Shown here piece by piece: positions 24,632 through 35,840 of a DNA stretch of 64,000 nucleotides (positions within the stretch are counted from its first letter, which is position 1; the number at the start of each line of letters is the position of its first letter). The notes below the pieces were generated by a model. That model did no database searches. It was not told where the DNA came from and was given only the letters and a program-made list of their open reading frames with translations. A program made the position numbers and the translations under genes. This stretch comes from Hormiphora californensis. Taxonomy: Eukaryota > Animalia > Ctenophora. Location of the stretch: contig CM035359.1 of assembly GCA_020137815.1 (NCBI GenBank), positions 7,564,001 to 7,628,000 of the forward strand, read 5' to 3'.

Positions 24632-25791
24632 AACATCTCAGCTCCGGCTGTTCTGCTCATCAATCTCTCCTTCTCCATGATAAAGAAGGGACATTGGAAA
24701 CTGTTCGCTGTGTGGGTGGTGGCATTGAGCTGATCGATCTTGCTTCGGCTACTCTTGCAGTTTGCACAGCATCTGGAGTCAACTTTTCTATCTTTCTTCA
24801 CTTGACAATCCTTGTACCGATGATTTCCAGCACAGTAGGTACAAACTGGATCACCGCTGTCTCTCCTGGGGCACATCACTGAGTCTGACTTGTGACCATA
24901 GCGTTGACACTTGAAACATTGAACGATGTGGAATCGATCCTTCACAATGTGGATTTGAAAATCAAGGTTAATTCTGTCATTCCTTTTGCGAACAATCTCC
25001 CGTATCTTTTTTGACATCTGGACAACTGCATATCGATCCTCCTTATGAAGAAAGATGACTTTCAGTTCCTCTTGGTGACTTTCAACCTGCTCTTTGATTT
25101 CCTCATTCTTCCTCAGTATTTCACTGTACACTTCCTCAGCAGTTGTAATTTCTCCAGCAATGTCTGAGATTGTAACTTTGGGATTAAGCTTCTTGGTGGT
25201 CAGAGTGGCTGTTGACGTATCAAATTCAGATTTCAGCAGTTCTTCAGCTTTGTCTCGCTGAGACTTGTCCTTGAAAACTAGATTGGTGTCCTCTTCATTC
25301 GAGCTGGTTCCATCAACTGGGATTGACTGCAGAGTCTTTCGTACCTTCGCCTTTACAACTTTCCACTTTTCCAGTCCAACTTTCTCAAGTTTGAGGGTGT
25401 GCTTCTGTGGTGTCTTCTTAGGGCTGGGGTTGAGCAACTTTCCAGCATCATCAGTCTTCTCCTTGCCGTTTATCGCCTTCTGTATCATGTCTGGTATGTT
25501 TGCAAAACACTCCCGCATCGCCTCAAGCTCCTTGAGAACCTGTTCAGACCTATCCTGTCCCACTACTGTTCCTTCTTCTGACTTGGTCTTCACACGGTCA
25601 TCCTGCTGTTTGTCCACCATTCTCAATAGGTTAATAGCGAAATTCCATAGAATATCTTTAGTGATACCCGCTGGGGGAGCTTTTTTACCTTGCAAGATTG
25701 GGTCCATATCCACAGGTAGATTATCTTTCATAAACGTGTCCAACTCTTTCCTCGTCCATAACTTTAGCGGGATTGCCTTCAATGTCATCAC
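24574..25791 (-). CDS. LINE ORF1, gag-like with zinc knuckles
   Basis: CFKCQRYGHKSDSVMC, CTYCAGNHRYKDC and CANC...H...C motifs near the C-terminus; lies upstream of ORF2. Confidence 0.9.
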   Translation of the reverse strand: MMTLKAIPLKLWTRKELDTFMKDNLPVDMDPILQGKKAPPAGITKDILWNFAINLLRMVDKQQDDRVKTKSEEGTVVGQDRSEQVLKELEAMRECFANIPDMIQKAINGKEKTDDAGKLLNPSPKKTPQKHTLKLEKVGLEKWKVVKAKVRKTLQSIPVDGTSSNEEDTNLVFKDKSQRDKAEELLKSEFDTSTATLTTKKLNPKVTISDIAGEITTAEEVYSEILRKNEEIKEQVESHQEELKVIFLHKEDRYAVVQMSKKIREIVRKRNDRINLDFQIHIVKDRFHIVQCFKCQRYGHKSDSVMCPRRDSGDPVCTYCAGNHRYKDCQVKKDRKVDSRCCANCKSSRSKIDQLNATTHTANSFQCPFFIMEKERLMSRTAGAEMLKNEYSRKARDFLERRRTH

Positions 25792-26001
25792 TAGCTACGA
25801 TCTGCAGGATAAATTCAAGGCCTCGCCTAACGACAACTAGTGTCAATCCTCCGGGTAAGATCCGGTCTTCTCTTGTCTTTGGCCTTGTCTTTCTCACACA
25901 GAAACTGTTACCAGTCTCTGATAAACCCAGAAAAGACAAAACAAAAAAGTATAAAGAGCCGAATAAATACCAAAGAACTTAGCGAATTGGGAAAACGAAA
26001 C

Positions 26002-26043
26002 CTCAAATTAATTTGTTTAAAGTAGTGTTGAAAAGTTTGAAAC
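26002..26043 (-). other. Spliced-leader exon copy at the LINE 5' terminus
   Basis: Reverse complement is GTTTCAAACTTTTCAACACTACTTTAAACAAATTAATTTGAG, 42/42 identical to 5399-5440. Confidence 0.85.
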
Positions 26044-26150
26044 CAACAAACAAACAAAACCAACAAACAAAATTTTTGTTATGTTTGTTTTGTTTGTTGG
26101 TGCCAAAAAAACGTCCATACTACCAACAACCAACATGAGACCCCCCCCCC

Positions 26151-26415
26151 CTGTCCATGCTACAAATAGGCATGGTGTGACTTCAATGCCCATCCCTCCA
26201 CAGGAAGGAGAGCTGAAGAGATCTTGTTTGTTTTCCTAGAACAGACAGCGCTCTGAACTCTCATTCCCTTTGTAGAATCTAGAGAGCAAGAAATGGTTTT
26301 AGCTCGCTACAATGATTTCACTGTCCAGCGATGATGCTACAAACAGTTTCTGTGTTCAATGCCGCTCCCTCCAAAGGGAAACTCTCTATTCACAAAACAA
26401 ATAGATTCTTCCACC

Positions 26416-26504
<89 letters not shown>

Positions 26505-26561
26505 TTCTATCTTTCTATCTATCTGTCTATCTTTCTATCTATCTCTCTCTCTCTCTCACTT

Positions 26562-26622
<61 letters not shown>

Positions 26623-27225
26623 ATCTTTCTATCTATCTGTCTATCTTTCTATCTCTTTCTCTCTCCCTCCCCCCTCTCTCTCTCTGTCTATCTCTCCCCC
26701 TCTCTCTTTTTCGTTTTCGCTTGAAATTTTCTAAGTCCATCGAATTGGGAATTTGCGAATCGTAGAATTGCTAAGCGGGAAAATTTTCGCTAATCGAGAA
26801 AATTACCGAATAGGTTTCAACATGGCGATCTGAAGGATCTGATCGAAAAATATGGTTGGAAAATTTTCCTTTTGGTCTCGTGAGTCGAACTAGATATGTG
26901 GCTAGTTGAGAAATGACTCCGAAAAAAAATTCCAAAAAATAGCATGGACAGTGTCCATGCTACAAATAGGCATGGTGTGACTTCAATGCCCATCCCTCCA
27001 AAGGAAGGAGAGCTGAAGAGCTCTTGTTTGTTTTCCTAGAGCGCTCTGAACTCTCATTCCCTTTGTAGAATCTAGAGAGCAAGAAATGGTTTTAGCTCGA
27101 TACAATGATTTCACTGTCCAGCGATGATGCTACAAAGAGTTTCTGTGTTCAATGCCGCTCCCTCCAAAGGGAAACTCTCTATTCACAAAACAAATAGATT
27201 CTTCCACCGAACTCTCTCTCTCTAT
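26151..27225. mobile_element. MITE (26151-26951) followed by a truncated tandem copy
   Basis: TIR CTGTCCATGCTA / TAGCATGGACAG, internal (CT)n/(CTAT)n; 26952-27225 repeats 26152-26430. Confidence 0.7.
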
Positions 27226-27456
27226 CTCAGGTATTTGTTTGTAGACAGCATTCGAACAATGGATTTGGTACTTCAACTCGGAAGCATGGAAATCCCAAAT
27301 AGACATTATATATCTGAGTTCTGTACACTTTTAGAGGGGAGGTGGTGATGGTGATGGTGATTGTCATTATGTGTGTAATAAAGATGTGTATGAATTATGA
27401 TAAGAGGGCAATGTAGTGGAAGGTAGTACACCTTCATTTCAGGATATATATCTGCG

Positions 27457-28300
27457 TTACATTGTGATTAAAAGCCAGTGACAGGTGCAGCAGCAGCCGC
27501 AGCTTGGTCGCAGGAAGGTTGCTACATATAAAAGCAGAAAGTTAGTTACAGATAAGCCACAGATAGCTCTTTAATGAATGAGTCAGGGAACTCACCTGTA
27601 TCTAGTGTAAGATTTCCAGGACGATAAAAGGTTGAAGCGCTGTCACTTCCATAAAATAGGATCTTTGCTACATCTTGACCCCATTTCTGCTGACAATCCG
27701 CTCCGGAGCTCTCAGAAAATATGTATTTTAGTAACATTTCACCATCGCAATGGATTTTCAAAACAGACTCAGTTTTAGAAATCTTCCAAATCTTCTCTAG
27801 ATTCTGGCTGGTCGGCTGCACGGGGAAAATCTCGTCATAATCACAATCAGAAATGTAACATTCCATCGGATCTGTAAAGACGATTCCCATGTACGCCAAA
27901 TAATTTGTCCCATTTTCGGTGTACACATCAACTTCAATTGTCTTGTTACTTCCAATAATAGCATTAGATTTGACTTCCAGTGGAACACTCTCTAAATCCC
28001 AGGGAATGAGAGTACTTCGTGTGACAGGGGTCCAACCTGTAATTGCAAGGGGTTGGAATTGTGTCAATATTGGAGTTCTAAACTGCTAAACAGGGAATCA
28101 ACTGCTAAACAGGGAATCAACTGCTAAACAGGGAATCAACTCTGCTAAACAGGGAATCTAAACTGCTAAACAGGGAATCAACTGCTAAACAGGGAATCAA
28201 CTGCTAAACAGGGAATCAACTGCTAAAACGGCTGATCACCTTCATCATTTGATGTTGTTCCCAAGGTCAGACCAACGAGAACCAAAAGCAACAATAGCAT
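27457..28300 (-). CDS. Small secreted protein, paralog B
   Basis: Exon 1 MLLLLLVLVGLTLGTTSNDE, domain exon ~28037-27596 nearly identical to paralog A, and a candidate last exon 27521-27457 (less certain). Confidence 0.75.
28078..28228. repeat. 19-21-bp intronic tandem repeat (~7 copies)
   Basis: ACTGCTAAACAGGGAATCA repeated. Confidence 0.9.
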
Positions 28301-28856
28301 TCCTGAATTAGTAATAGATTGATTATCAGGGCCAGAGTTGTACTAACGCCAAGAACGAAAGGGACGTGTTAGTGTGGGATCATTATTATTCAAATTGGGT
28401 CATTATTATTCAAATCCCAGACCAAATGCAAATAACAGCACAGTGAACTACAATTACATGGACTCAGGACATGCCGGTGTGAATTTAAAAGGTACGTGGC
28501 GCCTCTCTAGAGCCAATAGGCCACATGGCACATGCCTAATGATCCATTAGCTCATCAAATTGTCACATGGTCTACTATATTAGTAGTCTTGGTTACATAA
28601 AAGTTCTTTCCTCCTTTAATTACGTTAAACGAGCATGTAAAAGACTGCTACATCCTGACTTATTGGAACACGTCAAAAATTATTACTATTGGGATGGAGT
28701 AGAAGGCTCTTATTTCAATTAGAATTATCAAAGAGACTATGGTAAACTGGAGGCATAGAGATTGGTGCATATATGAGGTCAATAGAAGTTATCTACTAGT
28801 TTATACTTGGGCACATCTCGCCCCTCTGTGTTCGTGAACGAAACTTCATGCCCCCT

Positions 28857-29015
28857 CGCACTCCCTACTTAGATGGGGTCCGCGGCCCCAGACAGCTCAC
28901 ACTCCCTCCTCAGATGTGGTCTGCAGCCCCAGACAGCTCACACTCCCTACTCAGATGTGGTCTGCAGCCCCAGACAGCTCACACTCCCTACTCAGATGTG
29001 GTCCACGGCCCCAGA
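28857..29015. repeat. ~41-bp tandem repeat (~4 copies)
   Basis: CCCCAGACAGCTCACACTCCCTACTCAGATGTGGTCTGCAG units. Confidence 0.85.
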
Positions 29016-29385
29016 CTGAGAGGAGTTTATGCTGGAACCTTCTTCCAAACATTATCCACGTGATTTACATATTACATGTCCGGCTCGTACTTCCCCTACA
29101 CTTACATAGTGTAAGTAAAAGGGAAGTGTTTCATACACTCTCTCTAGAGTATTATGTAAGCCTTTCTCTCTCTCTCTCTCTCTGCCTGCAGTGTATCTCG
29201 ATACTTTGTTGCGATGTGATTTGTCCATCACGTGTCTCTGAGGCGACCTTGAACAGGCCTGAACGAACCACTTAGGGGACCCAGGCTTTAACAAACCACA
29301 AAGGGGACCCAGGCCTGAATTGTTTTGTTGTTGAGAAAGGGTAGGGATAGACCACAAGGAGGCTGAACAGTAGCTGAGTGAGAGA

Positions 29386-32300
29386 ATGTCGTCAGTTAAT
29401 ACAAGTGCTGTCGTGGATATCTCAGAGACCAATGTTCATGGTATGTGGTCTGCTGTTGAGGATCAATATAATATATCGATTGCAAAAGATATATCATGAA
29501 ACTCATATCAAGCTAAATGTGGCCCATTATTTCATACAGGTATTTTGCACAGTGGTAATGGGGAAGAGAACCCTATTGAGGGATTCAGACAGGATAGGGT
29601 CACTGATATCATGTTCTGGGTTCTTGTAATTTTCTCTCTGGGACTCTTCTACCTGCTATACAAGTTCTTAAAAGGTACAAAACAGACGTCCAATGTACAG
29701 TAAATCTCACCAGTTCATTCAAATGTTTTTATTCAAATGTTTTTGTGTTTATAGATTGTAGGGTGCTACTTATCACCTACATACAACTTTAGCTCCTATC
29801 AATACCTCCCCCAGTTTTTACAGTTCCTACCCTCCCCCTCCCTACAGTGTATAGACCCTACACAGCGGCCCAGATGCTCTACAAACGAACAAGCCTTGAA
29901 AAAGCAGAGTTCATCACAGTACAAGATGTCACCTCTGGTTACCACTACTTCTGTCGTGTACACACTATCAAGATCCGACACGAGGGATCATTTGAGGGGA
30001 CAGAGAGAGTCCCTGATATTACAAACGTTGCTAACAGCAGCAATACCGCAGAAGAGGTGAGAGGAAATGCTTTTTAATTTCTCACTGAGATGTTTTTAGG
30101 AGAACAACTAGGATGTTTAGATAGCACCGGCAGAGTATCGCGATATATATCTTTTCACGTGTTCATATCAACCATTCTTGAAGAGTGTGAACATCTTTGT
30201 GTGTCTGCCACATGATTATGCACAACTAATTGTTAATATCAAGGGTTCGTTTGATCACCGATTCATTACTGATATATACCCCACACCTACAACTCTATAT
30301 TCTATCCCCCACCCCTCTCAGGTTAGTTTGAACCTGTTCCTGGTGAACAACAGGGTATGTGAGACTGACAGTATAAAGTATGTTGAGTTTCACTGTGTTA
30401 GGTTTGTCTACAGCAAGCCCTTCAATGCATTCTACCCACTGACTGGGCTGGATGGAGACAATCCCATGAGACGACCCAGAATTACAAAGAGTGGGCTGAA
30501 ATCGGATGATGTTAGGATCCTACAAAAGGTATGGAACACTGAAACATCGAACATGAGCCTGTCACTGATCATTGCCCTAGACATGTGGCATGGATGTTCC
30601 TTTGATACCAGAAATATATCCTACCCTAATTACATTATCCCTCCCATGATCGCATAACTGACCTAGGTTTACGGACCGAATGTACTGGATATAAAAGCTG
30701 AGTCGTATCTGGAAATATTTACCAACAACATTCTTGATCCTTATTATGTCTTCCAGATATTTACACTTATTCTCTGGTGGGTATAGTCCCTTCAAAACTG
30801 TATGTTGTTTGTTTGTGAGTGCTGCGTAGCTGGGGGCGACCTACCCAAACTTTAACCAAACTGCGTAATAAAACTTTTATGACAAAATCACTACGATCAT
30901 ATTACATGAAATTAGATCATGTGGAACATGCATGATATTGATCGAGAATTATACACTTCTTGTACATATGTGCTATACGCTCCTTTGCTAAGTAAAGGGG
31001 GGTGACACAACACACACTCTGTGCAGGTGCTATGCGGGATACTACTACTACTGTGTTGGTGTGATACTAGTAGCCAGTATCATCATCTCAATAGCCCTCT
31101 TCATCCTGAGGAGGGAGGAGGTAAGACAACAGAAAGATCTGGTTATGGACAACTCAGTGACAGTTACAAGGGACGGGTTCCAGTATTACATTGGGTTTAG
31201 TGAACTAGTGCCTGGTGAGTAGTTCACTATGATCTGGATCACAAACATCTCTACAGTAAACATATTTCAGATTTCTTGAATGTCATGTAGTAACACCTCC
31301 AATCTCCATTCCAATAACAGGTGATATAGTTGTCATGTACTAACACCTCCATTCCAATACCAGGTGATATAGTTGTGCTGAACAAGAGTTCCCGGTACCT
31401 AACATACGATGGTACAGTGATACAGGGAGGACTATACATTGACAATGCTAATCTAAATGGAAGTACTAAGACGTATTACAGAGAGACAGATCCTACTAAT
31501 AACGGCAGTCATTATCACAAACTAACATTACATGGACAGAAGGATAGTGTCTTCGCTGGAACACGGGTAGGTGTTATCCAACACTGTGTTTTATAAAGGT
31601 CTTGATTCGAGGTGCAGAAGGGTATAGGGTAGCCTAATTAAACTCTTACCTCGCACCGTGTTATATTGGGTTTTCAAATCCTCAATTCCCCTACCCCCTA
31701 ATAAATCCCCAATGGCGTCGAAACATCTGACCGGGTATTATGGGTTTTTAAATCCTCAATTATCCCAGGTGACGGTTCTACAACCAGATGAATCAGGGGA
31801 GGACGTGCTAGTTCTCGTTGTCAACACAGGCTTCCTAACTAGAAAGGGTCAGGTACTCAAGGACGCCAGAACACCTGACAACTACCAATACTTCGTAGAC
31901 AGAGACTCACTCCTCTATCTAAAGTTCCTCCTGGTGCTGGCTGTAGTTGCATTTGGGTTGGGAATAGCAGTGTTAGTCTGGATTCCTGACTGAGGCTTTA
32001 GATGTCTGGGAGGCTGTTATAGCATCACTTCGACTCTCAACTACTTGCCATACCCCCATCTCTACCCCTCGCCCTGACAACTGCCTTTGTCTGGTCAGTC
32101 AAGAGGCTGAGCAGGGAGCACGTTGGTTCACTAAAGTTCCGCCGCATCCCTGTGGGAGGGAAGGTCACCTCAGTGGTGTTTGACAAGACTGGGACACTAA
32201 CAACCTAACAAGATGGAGTATCACAGGACGGATAGAACCCTACTCAGACGAAGCAGGGTCCCTTGAAATATCCGGTATTGACACATCACGTGACCTAGCC

Positions 32301-34172
32301 CCAGGATGATGTTCTCTACCTCATGGCGACGTGTCACTCAGTCACAGCAGGCAGTCACTCAGAAACCCAGATATAGGGAATTGGAATGCTTGATATGGCC
32401 ATGTTCGGGGTGAGTCAGTTTGATTTAGTGGAGACTGGGAGGAGAGTGAAGGTGTTTCTCTGGGAAAACAGACACACTTGGGGAGATGAAGATAGAGTTG
32501 ATCAGGAGGTTCCCCTTTACATCTGATCTCCAGTTCCAAGGTGTTATCGTGTATGTAGCTGCAGAGGACAGACATGTGTACTATGCCATGGGTAAACCTC
32601 AAATTGTCCTGGGATTCTGTGAACCTACCACTATCCCTGCTCTGACATCAGATAGGATCACCTACTACACACGTCATGGTTACACCGTGGTTGCCTATGG
32701 CAGCCAGGGACCTGCAACTCAAGGAGACTACTGATGAGGTAAAGTACGTTACAGTACCAAGATGAAGTTTATTGGTCTGCTCGTGTTTGGGAGATACTCT
32801 GGCTGACTGGAGCTAAAGAGGTCGTCAGTTCACTTCAGCTGGCCAAGTGCTCACTGAAGATGTGCACGGGGGACTCCCTGGACACAGCAGTGTACATAGC
32901 ACGCCAAGTGGGGCATTCCTCCCTGAGACGGCTAACTCCCATTCTAACCGAGACAGGGTTATACAGATGAAGGCGAGTATTGATGAGGATGACCAACTAG
33001 AGGTTGAAGCAGTTGATTATGATACTGGTGAGCCTTATAAACTAGCCTCAGCATGGGGAGAGTATTGGGACCCACCCAACTTTGTATTGGACGGGAAATC
33101 GTTTGACATCCTGGACGATTACGGTGGTTCTCACCTAGATCGTATCCTAAAGGCGGGAAAAGTGTTCGCAGAAATGAAGCCGCGATACAAGAAGGCGTAC
33201 GTGGAACTGCTAAGAAAGATTGGTAGTCTGACATGTATGGTGGGAGATGGTTTCAATGATAACGATGCCCTCAAAGCAGCCGATGTGGGTTTATCTCTTC
33301 TTAACAGTGAATCTGGTCTAGCAGCACCATTCTACAGTAAACGGAAGGATATCCGCTCAGTGACGGTGATACTGAACGAGGGAAGGACCATCATGACGCA
33401 GATCCTGACGATCTTCATGTTTACTGCGTGTTACTCAGTCCTGGGAATGGTGGGGGAACTCATGTTGTACTGGTTCTTTTACGAGATGAGTGAGGCAGAG
33501 TGGATCTACATTGATCTCTTCCTTGTGATGAGCATTGACCTAATGTTGGGTTACTCAGAGAGCCGTGAAACCATAGCAACCCGACGCCCGACAAAGTCGT
33601 TTTTCAACAGAATCCGTCTGTTTTCCATGTTAGCATTCCTCATTGTGTGTGTGACGGTACAGTTCCTTGTGTTGTTCTACCTCCAAGACCAGGAGTGGTA
33701 TGTGGCAGTTGAGACCAGTGTGGAGGAGCTCACAGCGGGGTCCATGGAGGCAACCTACATCTTCCTTCTCCTCATATTCCAGGTAAATATAGGATATGTG
33801 TTTCGTGATGGATGTGTAATAACATTGATTTAGTTGATCCGAGCACTCTTCTCCTGAGTGGTCTTTAAGTTATAGATACTTGACTAACTTCCCTCATTTC
33901 AGCTTACCTACCCAGCTATTGTCTACACTTTGGATCACGAGCCGATATACAGGAACACCCTCATGATGTGTTTGATGGTGGTCCTCTACGCCATCAATGC
34001 CTACCTTGTTCTCTTCTCTGCACAGATAATTAACAAACTATTCGAATTCAACATGTCCCCCTCATTCCTCTTTAGAGTGCAGATCTTAGCGATCGCAGCA
34101 GGAAACTTGGTGGTTAACATTTTTGTGCAGATTATTTTCATTTTCGTTGATCGAAAAGAAAGTAAGCGTTAG
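29386..34172 (+). CDS. P5B-type ATPase (ATP13A-like), divergent; frame-disrupted as assembled (assembly error or pseudogene)
   Basis: ELVPGDIV, TGFLTRKGQ, IPPSLP, FDKTGTLT, MATCHS, MCTGD, FAEMKP..K, MVGDGFNDNDALKAADVGLSL, AAPF, NEGR and C-terminal TM helices. Several frameshifts, mainly at 31980-32920. Confidence 0.88.
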
Positions 34173-34418
34173 AAGGCGTAGTTTTTTAAATCTTTGTGTA
34201 AATTAGAAATAAACTTAACAGGTTCAATTATTGTTTAAAAATCCTTATCATTGACTCTTTATTATCTACTTGTAAAGTTGTGTGGGGGTTCCCAACTAAA
34301 CGTCTTTAGTGGAAGCTCTTACGGTTTTTCCCATGGCCGTTAGCTTCCACTACTTAGTATTATAGGCTCTCTATTCTCCTTCAAAGTTCAAAATTCAAAA
34401 TTCAACAGCCTGTTAGTG

Positions 34419-35770
34419 CTACTGCTGTGGATGTACAGATGGCGGGGCTGATGGTGGAGTTGCCGGGGTTGGGTCACCAGCTCCTTCTCCTCTCATCATT
34501 CGGTGCATCTCCTGGAATCTTTTTCGTGATTCCATCGCCAATATCATCGTCATTCGTCGCGTCAGTCTAGATACAAAAGATGGGCTTATTAGAACAGGAA
34601 CATTAATAGGGTAATCATGGGATAAAACGGATCTGAGCAGGCTAAAATGGATCGATAGAAATACGTGTGTAGAAATTAGCTGGGTATTTATTTTATTACC
34701 GTTGTTTGATACTGGGACAGAATGGAACGGGACAGTCCGTCTTGTTGCATCGCTTGGAATGGAAACAGCTCAGGGCAATGAGCTGTTTACAAATCGGACA
34801 ACCACCTGTAGTTATATGGGAAGGGTGAGAACCAGAGAACAATAATGGATTGTAGCAAGCGGGATAGGAAACAAAAAACCTTCAATCATATTTTCCCAGA
34901 TCCAAAGAACACCCACCATCAGTTTTCTTCTTGCATCCGTGCATGTGAAGGACGACCTTCTTCATTTTAGGGCAGGACGGTAGTATGCATTTTTCCTCAA
35001 AGCAATTGCTCGCATGCTCCAAAGATTGGATGTAATGTCGTTGTTTGCTTTCCTTTTGTAATCATGTCGTAGGTTTTATGCGAGGTAATCTAAACAGAGA
35101 ACATATGATGATTGATGGTACCATATGGAACCAAAAAACTACTGCTGCAATCCCCCAATTAATGAAGATTGCCTTACCGTTGTTTGATACTGGGACAGAA
35201 TGGAACGGGACAGTCCGTCATGTTGCATCGCTTGGAATGGAAACAGCACAGGGCAATGAGCTGTTTACAAATCGGACAACTACCTGCAATGGTATTTAAT
35301 AGTTAAAGGGATGAGAACAATAATGGATTGTATCAAACGGGATGGGCCCAACAAATACAAAACATCCTATGAACAATCCCAATTATAAGAATAAGAATAA
35401 AACATATCACTGTAATATAAATTATAATACTTAGCTCCAAGCCCCAAGACACTAATACAATCTTAAATCCCAACCGCACCTACCATCGGTTTTCTTTTTG
35501 CATCTGCGAAGGTGACGGTCACATTTCTTCATGATAGCGCAGAATGGTAGGTGGCATTCCAGATCAACACAACTTTGAGAATGGATTAGAGCATGGTCTG
35601 CTCGTTTATATTTACGATGTTTTAGTTGTGCTCTTTCTTTATTTCTTGACCGGGGTGGATCTACTGGGTCGGTCCCACTTGAAACAGGGAGCATTGAAGC
35701 TAAAGAAGACAATTAAATACTCCCTAAACAAGAACTTACCCTCTTCTTTGGTAGTTGGCATATCGACCAT
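34419..35770 (-). CDS. Stand-alone tandem TAZ2 zinc-finger protein (CBP/p300-derived) with an in-frame TGA between the domains
   Basis: Six exons give HSQSCVDLECHLPFCAIMKKCDRHLRRCKKKTDGSCPICKQLIALCCFHSKRC..CPVPFC, then HASNCFEEKCILPSCPKMKKVVLHMHGCKKKTDGGCPICKQLIALSCFHSKRC..CPVPFC. CPICKQLIALCC is a CBP TAZ2 hallmark. Confidence 0.85.
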
Positions 35771-35840
35771 GGGTCCCAGAAGGGGGGTTCAGGATAAATG
35801 GTTCAAACGTATATGCCTAAATTTTACCAAGAACCAAAGA

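Larger units (their letters stand above)
21251..26043 (-). mobile_element. Full-length L2/CR1-group LINE with SL at its 5' end and a (TTG)n tail
   Basis: Two uninterrupted ORFs, a 3' UTR ending in (TTG)n near 21251-21272, and a 5' end coinciding with the 42-nt SL. Confidence 0.93.
20017..26150. mobile_element. Foldback-like TIR element with poly-G termini and 8-bp TSD; hosts the LINE
   Basis: TIR G(14)TCTCATGTTGGTT / AACCAACATGAGAC(10). TSD CTGTCCAT at 20009-20016 and 26151-26158. Interior is AACAA/TTGTT repeat arrays in both orientations. Confidence 0.85.

Noticed and set aside
22296-25840. Plus-strand ORFs over the LINE
   Set aside because: Antisense shadows of ORF1/ORF2 with no independent motifs.
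25900-26043. A bona fide SL RNA gene (SL followed by GT)
   Set aside because: Upstream is the host element's repeat array rather than a promoter, and downstream runs directly into the LINE 5' UTR and ORF1. Donor activity is not excluded.
35062-35064. Selenocysteine codon
   Set aside because: Lies in a linker, not at a Cys-aligned position, and I could not identify a SECIS element by eye.
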